Positions 8,920-18,020 of a stretch of 32,000 nucleotides of DNA are shown one piece after another (position 1 is the first letter of the stretch; each line of letters starts with the position of its first letter). Made by a program: the position numbers and the translations under genes. The notes below the pieces were generated by a model. That model made no database searches, was not told where the DNA came from, and saw nothing but the letters and a program-made list of their open reading frames with translations. Location of the stretch: the NCBI RefSeq assembly GCF_036323395.1, contig NZ_AP028907.1, forward strand, positions 1,560,001-1,592,000, given 5' to 3'. This stretch comes from Pyrodictium abyssi. Its GTDB lineage: Archaea > Thermoproteota > Thermoprotei_A > Sulfolobales > Pyrodictiaceae.

Positions 8920-9459
8920 GTGGCAGAGCAGCGGTATGAGGGCCATAGGGTCATGCCACGCTACTACATGTTTATGACGCTGATAATGCATGTAAAACTA
9001 GAGGCTTCAATAGCCAGTCTACTAGCCAACATAATGGAGAACAAACAGGTCACACTAATAGACCACGATGAGGTAGCTAGAAGGGTGGTGGTACGAGCAC
9101 CTGTAAAAGAAGCAGCGTATATACAGCTTCTCGTAAACCACTACGCTGACACAGCAAGCTTTGAGGTAAAAGCATCTGCAAAGGGTAAGGTAGAGCCAAA
9201 GACTCTACGAGAGGGTGTCGATGCATACGCCAGGCTAGGTGACAGGATACTCTTCTTCAAGAAATGCAGGGAAGGCGCTGTCTTCGGGGAGGTACGTAAG
9301 AGGAACATACTGCTCAAGTATTGTAAAAACGCAGCCCTAGTTGACCCGGCTGCGCTGCCGCCTATACTCTGTAGCTTTGATGCAAAAACGGGCGGCATAG
9401 TGGAAGTGGTCGAGAAGGCTAGGAAGTGTTTTGACGAAATAATGCGGCTGGTTTCATGA
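8920..9459 (+). CDS. Hypothetical protein; start uncertain (GTG 8920; ATG 8953, 8968, 8986 or 9034)
   Basis: Long ORF with host-like codon use from about 9000 onward. Its 5' part overlaps the structured, ORF-poor spacer, so a later start is plausible. No motif recognised. Confidence 0.5.
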   Translation: MAEQRYEGHRVMPRYYMFMTLIMHVKLEASIASLLANIMENKQVTLIDHDEVARRVVVRAPVKEAAYIQLLVNHYADTASFEVKASAKGKVEPKTLREGVDAYARLGDRILFFKKCREGAVFGEVRKRNILLKYCKNAALVDPAALPPILCSFDAKTGGIVEVVEKARKCFDEIMRLVS

Positions 9460-9621
9460 TAGCCACTGTTTAAGGACTTTTCAGAGTATCATGCAGTGTT
9501 TTAATGTAGATGGCTGTGTCTAGACTATCTGCCTAACGGCTGTATTGGAGAACGAGGCGAGTAGTTTAAAGTGTCTTAATGAGTAGCCCTTGCAGTGGCG
9601 TGGAAGGGGGTGGAAACGGTC

Positions 9622-9891
9622 ATGGCGGCTGAAGAGAATGTCGTTATTATTGGAAAGAAGCCTGTCACTGACTATGTGCTGGCGGCAATACTCCTATTCA
9701 ACGAGGGCTACGACGAAGTGACTATACGCGGCCAGGGCCCAAACATAAGCAAGGCTGTGGACGTCTATAACGCTCTCGTTAATAGGCTCCAGGACGGTGT
9801 AGAGCTGATAGGAGTAAGCATAGACAGCATACAGCGGGGAAGAAGACTCGTTCCTATAATAGAGATAAGAGTGCGTAGAAAGATAGTCTAA
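9622..9891 (+). CDS. albA: Chromatin protein Alba (Sac10b family)
   Basis: NVVIIGKKPVTDYVLAAILLFNEG...RGQGPNISKAVDVYNAL...IEIRVRRK closely follows the Sso10b pattern. GGGGGTGG Shine-Dalgarno-like element lies 8-10 nt upstream of ATG 9622. The track start GTG 9595 is probably over-extended. Confidence 0.9.
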   Translation: MAAEENVVIIGKKPVTDYVLAAILLFNEGYDEVTIRGQGPNISKAVDVYNALVNRLQDGVELIGVSIDSIQRGRRLVPIIEIRVRRKIV

Positions 9892-10246
9892 GCCCACCGC
9901 CTAGAATTTAGGCCTCTATGGCGCCTGTTATTCAGCGTCGCTGGCTAACGCTGTCCTCGGCTAGGGCATGCTTCATACGAGTATTAGGCTAATCCTCGTA
10001 GTAGGCGGTACCGATACCCGGGGTCCTAAACCCCAATGCCATGTCGCGCTGGGCAGCGATAACTATGTGGGCTGGTGTAGCTCTGGCCCAGCCGTTTATA
10101 GATGACGGTATGTTGTAATTGACACAGCTACTAGGCAGCTGTAGGAGTCTTCGTCCCGGGGTATAGCCAGACGTATAATTCTGCCTCCGGGTTACTAGCT
10201 GTAAGTAGCCTATGTGGCTCCCTGAAAGGCTCTGTGGTGGCTGTTA

Positions 10247-11572
10247 ATGGCCTCTGGCCTAGCAGACGGGGTTGAAGCCGACCTACTTGGTAGAGTGATT
10301 GTTGCCTTCCTCTCTGGCATGCTTATAGGTATTGAGCGTGAGAAGGCTAGGGCAGCACTAGCCAGAAGAAGGCAACGCGGTATAGGCATCGAGGAGCTCG
10401 TGGTAAAGGAGTTTCCGGGAATACGTACCTTCAGCCTCGTAGCCGTATACGCTGCGGTGATAGGTGTCTTATGGAGCCGTGGCCTCCTGGACAGCACGCA
10501 TGTGTCCGTACTGCTTATAATATTCGGGATAATTGCGGCCATATTCTCAGCTCATAGACTCCTTGTAGCAAGGATGGCTGGAATAACAACTATAGTTGTG
10601 CTAATGGTTGATTTCGCTGTAGGGCTGCTCGCTGGTCTAGGCGAGATACTGCTGGCCGCTAGTGTGGCAGTTCTCACCACGTTTATCCTGGCTATCAAGC
10701 TGCCAGCAGAGAGGATGGTCGGAAGAATAAGGTATGAGGAGCTGCTATGGGCCCTGGAGCTCGGTGTTATACTAGTAGTCGTAGGGCCGTTGCTATTTAT
10801 GGTTGAGTACGAGTTCTATGGGGTTAGTCTTCGCAGTCTTTACCTATTCTTCGCGCTAGTGCTAGCAACATCGTATATAGGCTATATTATGGCGCGCATC
10901 AAGGGCGGCGAGGGAATAGCGTATGCGTCCCTCTTTGGAGGGTTAGCAAACAGCGAGGCTACACTAATGGCGTTGTTGACGCTTATCCCCTCTAGCCTAA
11001 GGCGTGAGCTGGCGTTCCACATAGCCATGTTAACGAACTCTGCGATGATACTACGCAACATGGTGATAGCTGTTGCGGCTGCGTACCTGGTAGGCAATAG
11101 CTACCTGCAGCTTGGCGACCTTGCACCACTCTTGGTGGCTGCAACAGCGGCTATGGTGCCGGCGTTCCTTTCTTGGCGTCATTCTCTACGGATAGGCACG
11201 TCGATAACAGCTGTAAGGATAGAGAACCCGCTACGCTTCACTACAGCCGCCAAGAGCACGATACTGTATCTCGTGATAACCTTTGTATCATACCTGCTGC
11301 AGCACAGTAGTATAGCTAGCCTTGTGCTAGTAGTGGTTGCAGGTGGGTTCGTCTCAAGTAGTGCAACAATACTCGCCCTATTCTCTATAGGGGGGCTCGC
11401 TGCGGTAGACTTAGCCCGCCTTGCAATAGTGGCGACGATCGCGGGCGTCTTAAACAAGGTTATATACGCCTACCTTGTCGACACCGAGCCCGAAACCATA
11501 AGGCGTGTAGCTCTGGCATGCGTGCTTCAAGCTGTCCTAATGATACTAGGGCTTGTTGTAAACAGTGCCTAG
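10247..11572 (+). CDS. MgtC/SapB-family N-terminal domain fused to a DUF4010-type polytopic membrane domain
   Basis: LLGRVIVAFLSGMLIGIEREKA is the MgtC-family signature; about 10 further predicted TM helices follow. Confidence 0.75.
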   Translation: MASGLADGVEADLLGRVIVAFLSGMLIGIEREKARAALARRRQRGIGIEELVVKEFPGIRTFSLVAVYAAVIGVLWSRGLLDSTHVSVLLIIFGIIAAIFSAHRLLVARMAGITTIVVLMVDFAVGLLAGLGEILLAASVAVLTTFILAIKLPAERMVGRIRYEELLWALELGVILVVVGPLLFMVEYEFYGVSLRSLYLFFALVLATSYIGYIMARIKGGEGIAYASLFGGLANSEATLMALLTLIPSSLRRELAFHIAMLTNSAMILRNMVIAVAAAYLVGNSYLQLGDLAPLLVAATAAMVPAFLSWRHSLRIGTSITAVRIENPLRFTTAAKSTILYLVITFVSYLLQHSSIASLVLVVVAGGFVSSSATILALFSIGGLAAVDLARLAIVATIAGVLNKVIYAYLVDTEPETIRRVALACVLQAVLMILGLVVNSA

Positions 11573-12183
11573 GGTGCCTGGTAGAACCCAAACTTCTGGA
11601 AGACAGCTATGTGGCCGAGGTCTACAAGCACAGTCAAGGTTCGCACGCCACCGGCATACAGGCCTGCGACAACGTAGGGTGGTGCGTCGCTCACGTCAAC
11701 GACTCTTGACGATACGCCCTTGGCTAGGCGTGCGACTCGCCTAGCTACATCCCGTGCCGTAGGCTTTGCCGAGGCTATTAGCGGCAGGCGATATACCTCC
11801 ACTATACCGTTATCCTCCATGACAGCGAGTACTTGGTTGAGTGGCTTCCACCCGGCTATGGGCTCGCTAGAAGCTATTACACGTAGACGCTTCCCCTCCT
11901 TCCACGCATAGGCGGCCGCGGCGAGGACGAACTCTAGAGCAGTCCTGGCCACAATAGTATCCGGTACAGCCTCGCCGCCAACCCTCCTAGCTATCGCTTC
12001 AAGCCCTCGCTCCACGTCTTCGAGGAACGCTGCTGCGAGCCTTTCTCGGGCCTCCTCGCTTCCCTCGGCTAGTACGAGCCTAAACAGCTCGCCTACACCA
12101 GGACCCGCCACGGCTCTATACCCTCCGCGGAGCCCCCGGGTACTAAGGCCTCTGGGATCACCCCTAGCTAGAGCTTGTCGCAC
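11569..12183 (-). CDS. Hypothetical protein (up to 204 aa; Arg/Gly-rich N-terminus, so the start may be internal)
   Basis: ORF overlapping the upstream gene by 16 nt (operon-like). It shares a CTAG stop overlap with the convergent mgtC-like gene. No motif recognised. Confidence 0.45.
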   Translation of the reverse strand: MRQALARGDPRGLSTRGLRGGYRAVAGPGVGELFRLVLAEGSEEARERLAAAFLEDVERGLEAIARRVGGEAVPDTIVARTALEFVLAAAAYAWKEGKRLRVIASSEPIAGWKPLNQVLAVMEDNGIVEVYRLPLIASAKPTARDVARRVARLAKGVSSRVVDVSDAPPYVVAGLYAGGVRTLTVLVDLGHIAVFQKFGFYQAP

Positions 12184-12746
12184 AACACTTCTGCGCGGAA
12201 CTCGCCGTCGACGAGGTTTATGTACGCTCTACACTCGGGAGACCCGAGACACACGTATAGTACGTCGTTCACGCGGGCTACACCCGGACCATAACAGTCT
12301 CCTAGCACCACCACTCTAGGCCTCCACGCGGCTACGGCATCACTGACCTCGAATAGGCCACGGCTTACACCTATACGTGAGCGGTCAAAGAGCCCATGCG
12401 GCGGGTACTCGCTCACTAGGAGTAGCATACTCGGCTTCTGCTCCTCTATCTCCGCGCTTAGAGACTTTATGTTTGCCAATGGCTCTCTTCCACCGATCCC
12501 CGCTACGTAGAGCCCGCTACCGTGGTATACCAGGTGCCCCTCGACGCTAGTAGAGTACGCAGAAAGGAGCCTGGCAACGTAGTGATCATCCCGCCTGCCC
12601 GGGACGCTGTAAACCCTGTTCCCGAGACTAGTGAGTCTCTCCACTTCACGTGCTTCACGCGGCGACCCCACAACTATGGCGGCATCGACGCTTGATGCGA
12701 TGGGTAGCCTCCTTCTGTGCGCTACTAGCCGTAGCACTCCCGACAC
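12168..12746 (-). CDS. Calcineurin-like metallophosphoesterase fold with degenerate metal-binding motifs
   Basis: The order and spacing of MPE blocks are kept but the ligands are replaced: LRLVAHRRR (for D-x-H), IVVGSP (for GD), VPGRRDDH (for GNHD/E), LLLVSEYPPHG (retained H), VVVLGDCYG (for GH-x-H). Confidence 0.5.
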   Translation of the reverse strand: MSGVLRLVAHRRRLPIASSVDAAIVVGSPREAREVERLTSLGNRVYSVPGRRDDHYVARLLSAYSTSVEGHLVYHGSGLYVAGIGGREPLANIKSLSAEIEEQKPSMLLLVSEYPPHGLFDRSRIGVSRGLFEVSDAVAAWRPRVVVLGDCYGPGVARVNDVLYVCLGSPECRAYINLVDGEFRAEVLCDKL

Positions 12747-12935
12747 CCTCTCCAGAGGAGCAATGAAGGAGCCTCAGCGCTACAATGTATCCTCATCCCC
12801 GTACGCGGTCGAAGGGTCTGGCCGCCCATCGCTCTTCACCGGCCCTCTACAGCGGAAACAACCACTGTAATGTCGGCGTATAAACATGATGCAAAGCCCA
12901 GGGTAGAACAACGGCTCAGAGCAAAGCCTCCAGGC

Positions 12936-13538
12936 TCAGCTCTTGCCTCCACAGTCCACACGCTTAACATGTACACCAAAGCCAGCATTTATAGCATGCT
13001 GCAACGCGTATGCTAGGTCACTAAGCCTGTTAAGAAGCCTAGCAACCATCCTATGTTGCTCGGGAACATTACCATCAATAGCCTCTATACAGCGCCATAA
13101 TGAGCGCTCGGCTCTCCGTATAACAGCTCTCGCATAAGATGTAGCGGCAGCTGCTGGATGACCACCATTAATCGTGAAGAGAGGCTTTATAAAGACGGAT
13201 AGCTCGTCTATAAGCTCCTCTACATGCCTAATGTCGTCCCCGTCTATGCAGCTCCTACCAGCTAGTGTGAACCCGGCACGGAATAATAGGACTTGCATAT
13301 ACTCCAGGATTCTGGCATACCTTCCTGCATCCCCGCTAGCAGTAGAAGCCTCTAGTAGGCTTTGGGCAAGCCCTAGGGCAGCCTCGGCCTCGTCCAGCGC
13401 GCCAACGAACTCTATGCACGGGTGCGTCTTGGGGACACGGCTGCCGGTCAGCAAGCACATAGTATAGCCGTCGTCGCCGCTCCTAGTGTATATCCTCCTT
13501 CGCTCTCTGCTTTGTTGCAGAGCAGCTCCCCGGAGCAC
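12936..13538 (-). CDS. ATP:cob(I)alamin adenosyltransferase, PduO type
   Basis: RIYTRSGDDGYT N-terminal signature and helical-bundle remainder. The track ORF (to 13706) adds about 56 non-homologous residues and would leave only 9 bp to the divergent gene. GTG 13538 sits 27 nt downstream of the minus-strand TATA-like CTTTTTAA (13562-13569), which suggests a leaderless start. Confidence 0.8.
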   Translation of the reverse strand: MLRGAALQQSRERRRIYTRSGDDGYTMCLLTGSRVPKTHPCIEFVGALDEAEAALGLAQSLLEASTASGDAGRYARILEYMQVLLFRAGFTLAGRSCIDGDDIRHVEELIDELSVFIKPLFTINGGHPAAAATSYARAVIRRAERSLWRCIEAIDGNVPEQHRMVARLLNRLSDLAYALQHAINAGFGVHVKRVDCGGKS

Positions 13539-13561
13539 CCACTCTATCAAGTAAATCCGGG

Positions 13562-13569
13562 TTAAAAAG
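13562..13569 (-). promoter_or_regulatory. Candidate TATA box for the adenosyltransferase gene
   Basis: CTTTTTAA on the minus strand, centred about 27 nt upstream of GTG 13538. Confidence 0.4.
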
Positions 13570-13715
13570 GACGTAGGCACGAAGCACGCTAAGTGGACCT
13601 TGCGCTCTAGCTGCGTCCTAAACCATGCGCTGCACCGTAATCTGGCTGAACACGCACCGGGGTGGCAAACCACGCAAGACAGTTTAACCTCTTGTAGCCG
13701 AAACATACAGTATAG

Positions 13716-15674
13716 ATGAGCTACCGTAACTATATTTACAGACTAGGTGTCTGTGTTTTGCCTTTAAGCGATGTAAAGATGCTCATAGGTGGCCCCCAAG
13801 GCACCGGGCTCGAAACAGTATCCCATGTACTCATTGCGGCGCTTGCCTACAACGGTTACGGTGTGCTATCCGGCCGTGAATACCACTCGAACATAAAGGG
13901 TAGACACAGCTACATCCTCCTCCGCGTATCCTCACACGAAGTGCCGAAGAGCCTCACCTACCCCGTGGACATTCTAGCTGCAATGGACCCTGAGACTGTA
14001 TTCACGCACTGCGCCGATGTATCGCATAGCGGCTTCCTCGTATACGACGTAGGCGGCGAGGATACACGCCTCGATAAAATAGTGAGCATGGAGAGCTATA
14101 CACGCCAGCGCATAGAGAAGAGGCTCCAGAGGGAAGGGGTAGAGCCTGTACTAGGGAAGCTCGTAGAGTATCTCGAGTCTAAGGGCGTCAAGGTAGTAGG
14201 GCTAGACTACCGGAGTATCCTCTCCGAGCTGCGGGAGAGACACGGTATAGCCCCGCACATGCTTTCACGTTTCACGAGCTCGGTCATAGTCGGGGCTATA
14301 GCTGGGCTAATAGGCCTCGACGAGGAGTCTCTACGTGCAGGCTTTTCGCATAGATTCGCTGCAAGAAAGCAACTTGTAGAGCCGAACGTATACATAGCAG
14401 TAAAAGTGGCCGAGCATGTTTCCAGCAAGTTCGGTCCAAGGCTCATCCTAGAAGAGAGTATGCTGCAGCATGAGGAGTACATGGTTGTGAGTGGCAACGA
14501 GGCTGTAGCCATAGGCAAGATTATTGGAGGAGTAAGGTTCCAGTCGTACTACCCCATAACACCGGCGCAGGATGAGAGCTTCTTCCTTGAGAGCCACGAG
14601 AAGCTAACAGACGGTAACAGGCAGCTAGGATCAGTGCTGGTTCTACAGACGGAGGACGAGATAGCAGCAATAGCCGCAGCCATGGGCGCCGCCCTTGCAG
14701 GGACTAGGGCAGCCACAGCTACGAGTGGCCCAGGCTTCGACCTAATGGCGGAAGGGCTCTCGTGGGCTGGCATGAACGAGGTGCCCATAGTAGTGACCTA
14801 TTACCAGCGCGGCGGCCCATCAACGGGCATGCCTACTCGCGGTGCCCAGAGCGACCTCTTTACAGCGCTATTCTCCGGGCACGGGGAGTTCCCGCGCGTC
14901 GTAATAGCCTCTGGAGACCACCTGGAAGCACTCAACGATGCCGTGGAGGCGTTGAATATCGCCGAGCGCTACCAGGTCCCCGTGATTCATCTCCTAGACA
15001 AGTTCCTCGCCAATAGCATAGCCACCATACCCATACCAGACACCAGCAGTATGACCATAGATAGGGGTAAGCTGGTTACCAGGGTAGAGGCTCCTCTTAA
15101 CTATAAGCGTTTCAGCTTAGACGAGCTGGTATCTCCTAGAGCTCCGCTAGGCTATGCTGTATCATGGTATACTGGGGACGAGCACGACGAGTACGGCCAT
15201 ATAACGGAGGACCCGGTACTCCGGGTGAAGATGCACAGCAAGCGCATGAGGAAGATGGAGCTTATAGCCAGCGAGATACCGGAGGAACATCGAGCCCAGC
15301 TATACGGCTACACAGAGCCAGACCTCCTGCTAATCGGCTGGGGAAGCGTGAAGGGAGTAGTACTGGACGCAGCTAGGATCCTCGAGAAGAAGGGGGTAAG
15401 GGTAAGCTACCTACACATACGCTATATGAGCCCATTCGCCTCAAAGCTTGTAGGTAAGGCTATAGGCCGGGTGGGCGTTGATAGAACTGTGGCGGTAGAA
15501 CACAGCTACGAGGCACACATATCTAAACTAGTCGCCATGAATACTGGGCAGCGCATCACAAAGGAGATAGTGAAGTTCACTGGACGCCCCATCTACACGC
15601 ACGAGCTTGTCGACGCCGTTTTGCGTATCCTCGACACGGGAGAGAAGAGGGTGGTGCTAGACTATGGAGCGTAG
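13716..15674 (+). CDS. 2-oxoacid:ferredoxin oxidoreductase, alpha subunit (fused gamma-alpha type)
   Basis: [11 protein letters not shown] (gamma-like N-terminus) and [25 protein letters not shown] (alpha domain I). Two-subunit architecture as in Sulfolobus/Aeropyrum OFOR. The probable true start is ATG 13779. Confidence 0.9.
   Translation: MSYRNYIYRLGVCVLPLSDVKMLIGGPQGTGLETVSHVLIAALAYNGYGVLSGREYHSNIKGRHSYILLRVSSHEVPKSLTYPVDILAAMDPETVFTHCADVSHSGFLVYDVGGEDTRLDKIVSMESYTRQRIEKRLQREGVEPVLGKLVEYLESKGVKVVGLDYRSILSELRERHGIAPHMLSRFTSSVIVGAIAGLIGLDEESLRAGFSHRFAARKQLVEPNVYIAVKVAEHVSSKFGPRLILEESMLQHEEYMVVSGNEAVAIGKIIGGVRFQSYYPITPAQDESFFLESHEKLTDGNRQLGSVLVLQTEDEIAAIAAAMGAALAGTRAATATSGPGFDLMAEGLSWAGMNEVPIVVTYYQRGGPSTGMPTRGAQSDLFTALFSGHGEFPRVVIASGDHLEALNDAVEALNIAERYQVPVIHLLDKFLANSIATIPIPDTSSMTIDRGKLVTRVEAPLNYKRFSLDELVSPRAPLGYAVSWYTGDEHDEYGHITEDPVLRVKMHSKRMRKMELIASEIPEEHRAQLYGYTEPDLLLIGWGSVKGVVLDAARILEKKGVRVSYLHIRYMSPFASKLVGKAIGRVGVDRTVAVEHSYEAHISKLVAMNTGQRITKEIVKFTGRPIYTHELVDAVLRILDTGEKRVVLDYGA
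13731..13738 (+). promoter_or_regulatory. Candidate TATA box for the OFOR operon
   Basis: TATATTTA lies 41 nt upstream of the in-frame ATG 13779 ([10 protein letters not shown]...), which is the conserved N-terminus of OFOR alpha/gamma subunits. Confidence 0.4.
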
Positions 15675-16650
15675 CCCTACAGACTATAGGACCGGGCTAT
15701 GGGTTGACTGGTGCCCGGGATGCGGTAACTACGGGATACTAGCAGCACTGACACAAGCGCTAGCAGAGCTAGGCCTCGACCCGGCGAAAACAGTGATAGT
15801 GTCCGGTATAGGATGCTCAGGGAAGACACCCCACTATGTACGCGTTAACGGTGTCCACACGCTCCATGGCAGGGCTATACCGTTTGCAACCGGGGTTAAG
15901 CTAGCAAACCCAGAGCTAACGGTGATAGTGGAGGGCGGTGACGGAGACCTACTCGGGATAGGTGCAGGGCACTTCGTGGCACTGGGCCGCCGCAACGTTG
16001 ACATGACGGTGATTATGCACGACAACCAGGTCTACGGGCTGACAAAGGGGCAGGCATCCCCGACACTCCCCTACGGTGTGCAGACCAAGGGCCTCGCGAA
16101 GCCCAATATACAGGGCATGCTGAACCCAGTTCTGCTCGCACTAGCTAGCGGCTATACCTTCGTCGCGAGGGCACTCGCCACCGATGTAAAGCACTTAAAG
16201 CAGCTGATAAAACAAGCGGTAAAACACCGTGGAGCAGCGTTCATAGACGTACTCCAGCCCTGCCCGACATACAACAATGTCTACACAGCCCAGTTCTACA
16301 GGAAGACGGTATACCGGCTAGACGAGGATCCGGACTGGGACCCGGTAGTCAGAGACCCGTCGCAAGAACACAGTAAAAAGATGGCAGCAATGGCCAAGGC
16401 ACATGAATGGGAGCCCCGCATACCCGTCGGAGTATTCTACCACAACCCACTGGTGCCGAGCTTTGAGGAGAGGCTACAAAGCCGCCTGGGCAATTACCTC
16501 GAGGAGCCTCCTGCACGCCAGACCATAGTAAGCGGCTCCGACGGAACTCCGGTCGTGAATACGGAGAGCCTCCGGAGGATGCTTGGCGCAAAGGTAATCA
16601 CTGTGCGTAGAAGCAAGAGGGCAAAACCAGTGATAGCACCCATGCCCTAG
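15664..16650 (+). CDS. 2-oxoacid:ferredoxin oxidoreductase, beta subunit (TPP-binding)
   Basis: [16 protein letters not shown], and the [17 protein letters not shown]/Mg motif. It overlaps the alpha gene by 11 nt. Confidence 0.9.
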   Translation: MERSPTDYRTGLWVDWCPGCGNYGILAALTQALAELGLDPAKTVIVSGIGCSGKTPHYVRVNGVHTLHGRAIPFATGVKLANPELTVIVEGGDGDLLGIGAGHFVALGRRNVDMTVIMHDNQVYGLTKGQASPTLPYGVQTKGLAKPNIQGMLNPVLLALASGYTFVARALATDVKHLKQLIKQAVKHRGAAFIDVLQPCPTYNNVYTAQFYRKTVYRLDEDPDWDPVVRDPSQEHSKKMAAMAKAHEWEPRIPVGVFYHNPLVPSFEERLQSRLGNYLEEPPARQTIVSGSDGTPVVNTESLRRMLGAKVITVRRSKRAKPVIAPMP

Positions 16651-16770
16651 GCCCGCGGGCTCGTGCCAAGCCCTATGTAGTATCCCTAGGCGTCGGATAT
16701 GGTTTCTTAGCCCCTTTTCTCTCCCCCGTAGACACCCCGGGGCCTTTCGGAGCCTCCGGGGGGGCCCGAG

Positions 16771-17289
16771 GTGGAGCAGCCGGCGGCTGGCACAGGCAGC
16801 GCTGCAACCGGGAACGGTGGTGTAGTGATTAGAAAGGCTAGGCTAGAAGACATACCAAGGGTCATCGTTATCAATAGAGTCACGCTGCCCGAGAACTACC
16901 CTGAGTGGTTCTGGCGGGATCACCTAGAGAAGTGGGGAGAAGCGTTCTTCGTAGCCGAGGTAGACGGCAAGGTAGTAGGCTACGTGATGTCAAGGGTAGA
17001 ATACGGCGCGCCAAACATAGCCAAAGGAATGCTAGTCAAGAAGGGACACATAGTGTCCATTGCGGTGCTAGAGGGGTACCGGCGCCGCGGGATAGGGACA
17101 GCCCTAATGAAGGCGGCTATCGAGGCCCTACGCGAAAGGTACGGGTGTAAAGAAGTATACCTCGAAGTACGCGTCTCCAATGAGCCGGCTATAAAGCTTT
17201 ACGAGAAACTAGGCTTCAGGAAGGTGCGCGTAATCCCAATGTACTACCTCGACGGAGAGGATGCTTACCTAATGGCCAAGGAGCTCTAG
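16771..17289 (+). CDS. ard1: N-alpha-acetyltransferase, Ard1/RimI-like GNAT
   Basis: INRVTLPENYPEWFW, KGHIVSIAVLEGYRRRGIG (acetyl-CoA Q/R-x-x-G-x-G/A motif), EVYLEVRVSNEPAIKLYEKLGF and GEDAYLMAKEL closely parallel Sulfolobus Ard1. GTG start. Confidence 0.85.
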   Translation: MEQPAAGTGSAATGNGGVVIRKARLEDIPRVIVINRVTLPENYPEWFWRDHLEKWGEAFFVAEVDGKVVGYVMSRVEYGAPNIAKGMLVKKGHIVSIAVLEGYRRRGIGTALMKAAIEALRERYGCKEVYLEVRVSNEPAIKLYEKLGFRKVRVIPMYYLDGEDAYLMAKEL

Positions 17290-17369
17290 CCCTAGATAGG
17301 CCTCTTGCCGCCGGGCCAGCGGCCCGAGAGTCTCGCCTCATGTGCATTCGGCGTGTGTAGCTGTTTGGG

Positions 17370-17681
17370 CTACTTTAGCCCGAGCCGTTTAAGAGCATAG
17401 TATATTGTTGACTCCGGCCTATCGAGCCTCTTAGCAATCTCGTAGACTGATGCGCCGCTAAGGTAGAGCTGCCGTATCTGCTCTAGCTCTTCGTCACTTA
17501 GCCTCCTATGCCTGCGGTATCGGCCCTTTCTCCTCTTAATTCTGCCCATAGCCTCTAGCCTGTCAAGCGCCTTATAGACGGTGCTCATGCTATTACCACA
17601 GTGCTTCGCTATCTCCTTCACTGGTGTACCCTGGTTGTATAGTCTCTCGACTATCTCGAGACACTCTTCTACGGAGGGCAA
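17370..17681 (-). CDS. Small protein with two tandem helix-turn-helix modules
   Basis: Internal repeat: LEIVERLYNQGTPVKEIAKHCGNSMSTVYKALDRL versus LEQIRQLYLSGASVYEIAKRLDRPESTIYYALKRL, joined by a basic linker RIKRRKGRYRRHRR. Confidence 0.6.
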   Translation of the reverse strand: MPSVEECLEIVERLYNQGTPVKEIAKHCGNSMSTVYKALDRLEAMGRIKRRKGRYRRHRRLSDEELEQIRQLYLSGASVYEIAKRLDRPESTIYYALKRLGLK

Positions 17682-18020
17682 GCCTTCTTGCTCCCCCGGC
17701 TCAGCGGCTCGGCGGGCTTATTTCAGCATTCGGTTCCGCTTGAACCCGGCTGGTATTAATTCGTGACCCAGGCTCCTGCCCGATAAGAGTCAACCAGGCC
17801 TGTGCCCTAGTTCAGCCTCGTGCTACGCGGCTTGTAGCTCTCTAAGCCTCTGTACCATGTAAGCAGCCCGTAGTACTGTAGACGGAACCTGGTTCGTTTT
17901 CTAGGCCACAGTGTATGTTTAGCAGATGTTATGGTATGTCCTAGAAGGATATTATTCTACATTTTCTATACAGCTTGACTGTTTAATAACTATGAAAACT
18001 AGTTTTAAATACTTCTACTA

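Noticed and set aside
8661-8954. Minus-strand ORFs of 97 aa and 62 aa in the helicase-downstream spacer
   Set aside because: The products are Ser/Arg/Cys/Trp-rich and low-complexity, with no promoter or SD context. The region is better explained as structured RNA.
8593-8960. Possibility that the structured spacer is SRP (7S) RNA, RNase P RNA or 5S rRNA
   Set aside because: I could not find the helix-8 GGAA-GGGAGCA-type motif, the GAGGAAAGTCC (CR-I) motif, or the 5S loop motifs on either strand. CCCTGGAAGGGG resembles a GNRA hairpin only superficially.
9976-10000. 25-nt near-palindrome TACGAGTATTAGGCTAATCCTCGTA, and other hairpins (such as CAGCGT...ACGCTG around 9933-9953), in the 355-nt alba/mgtC spacer
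   Set aside because: My rough estimate gives an order-one chance expectation for an 11-of-12 palindrome somewhere in 32 kb. There is no second copy and no recognisable RNA family motif. The long spacer (9892-10246) may still deserve a transcriptome check.
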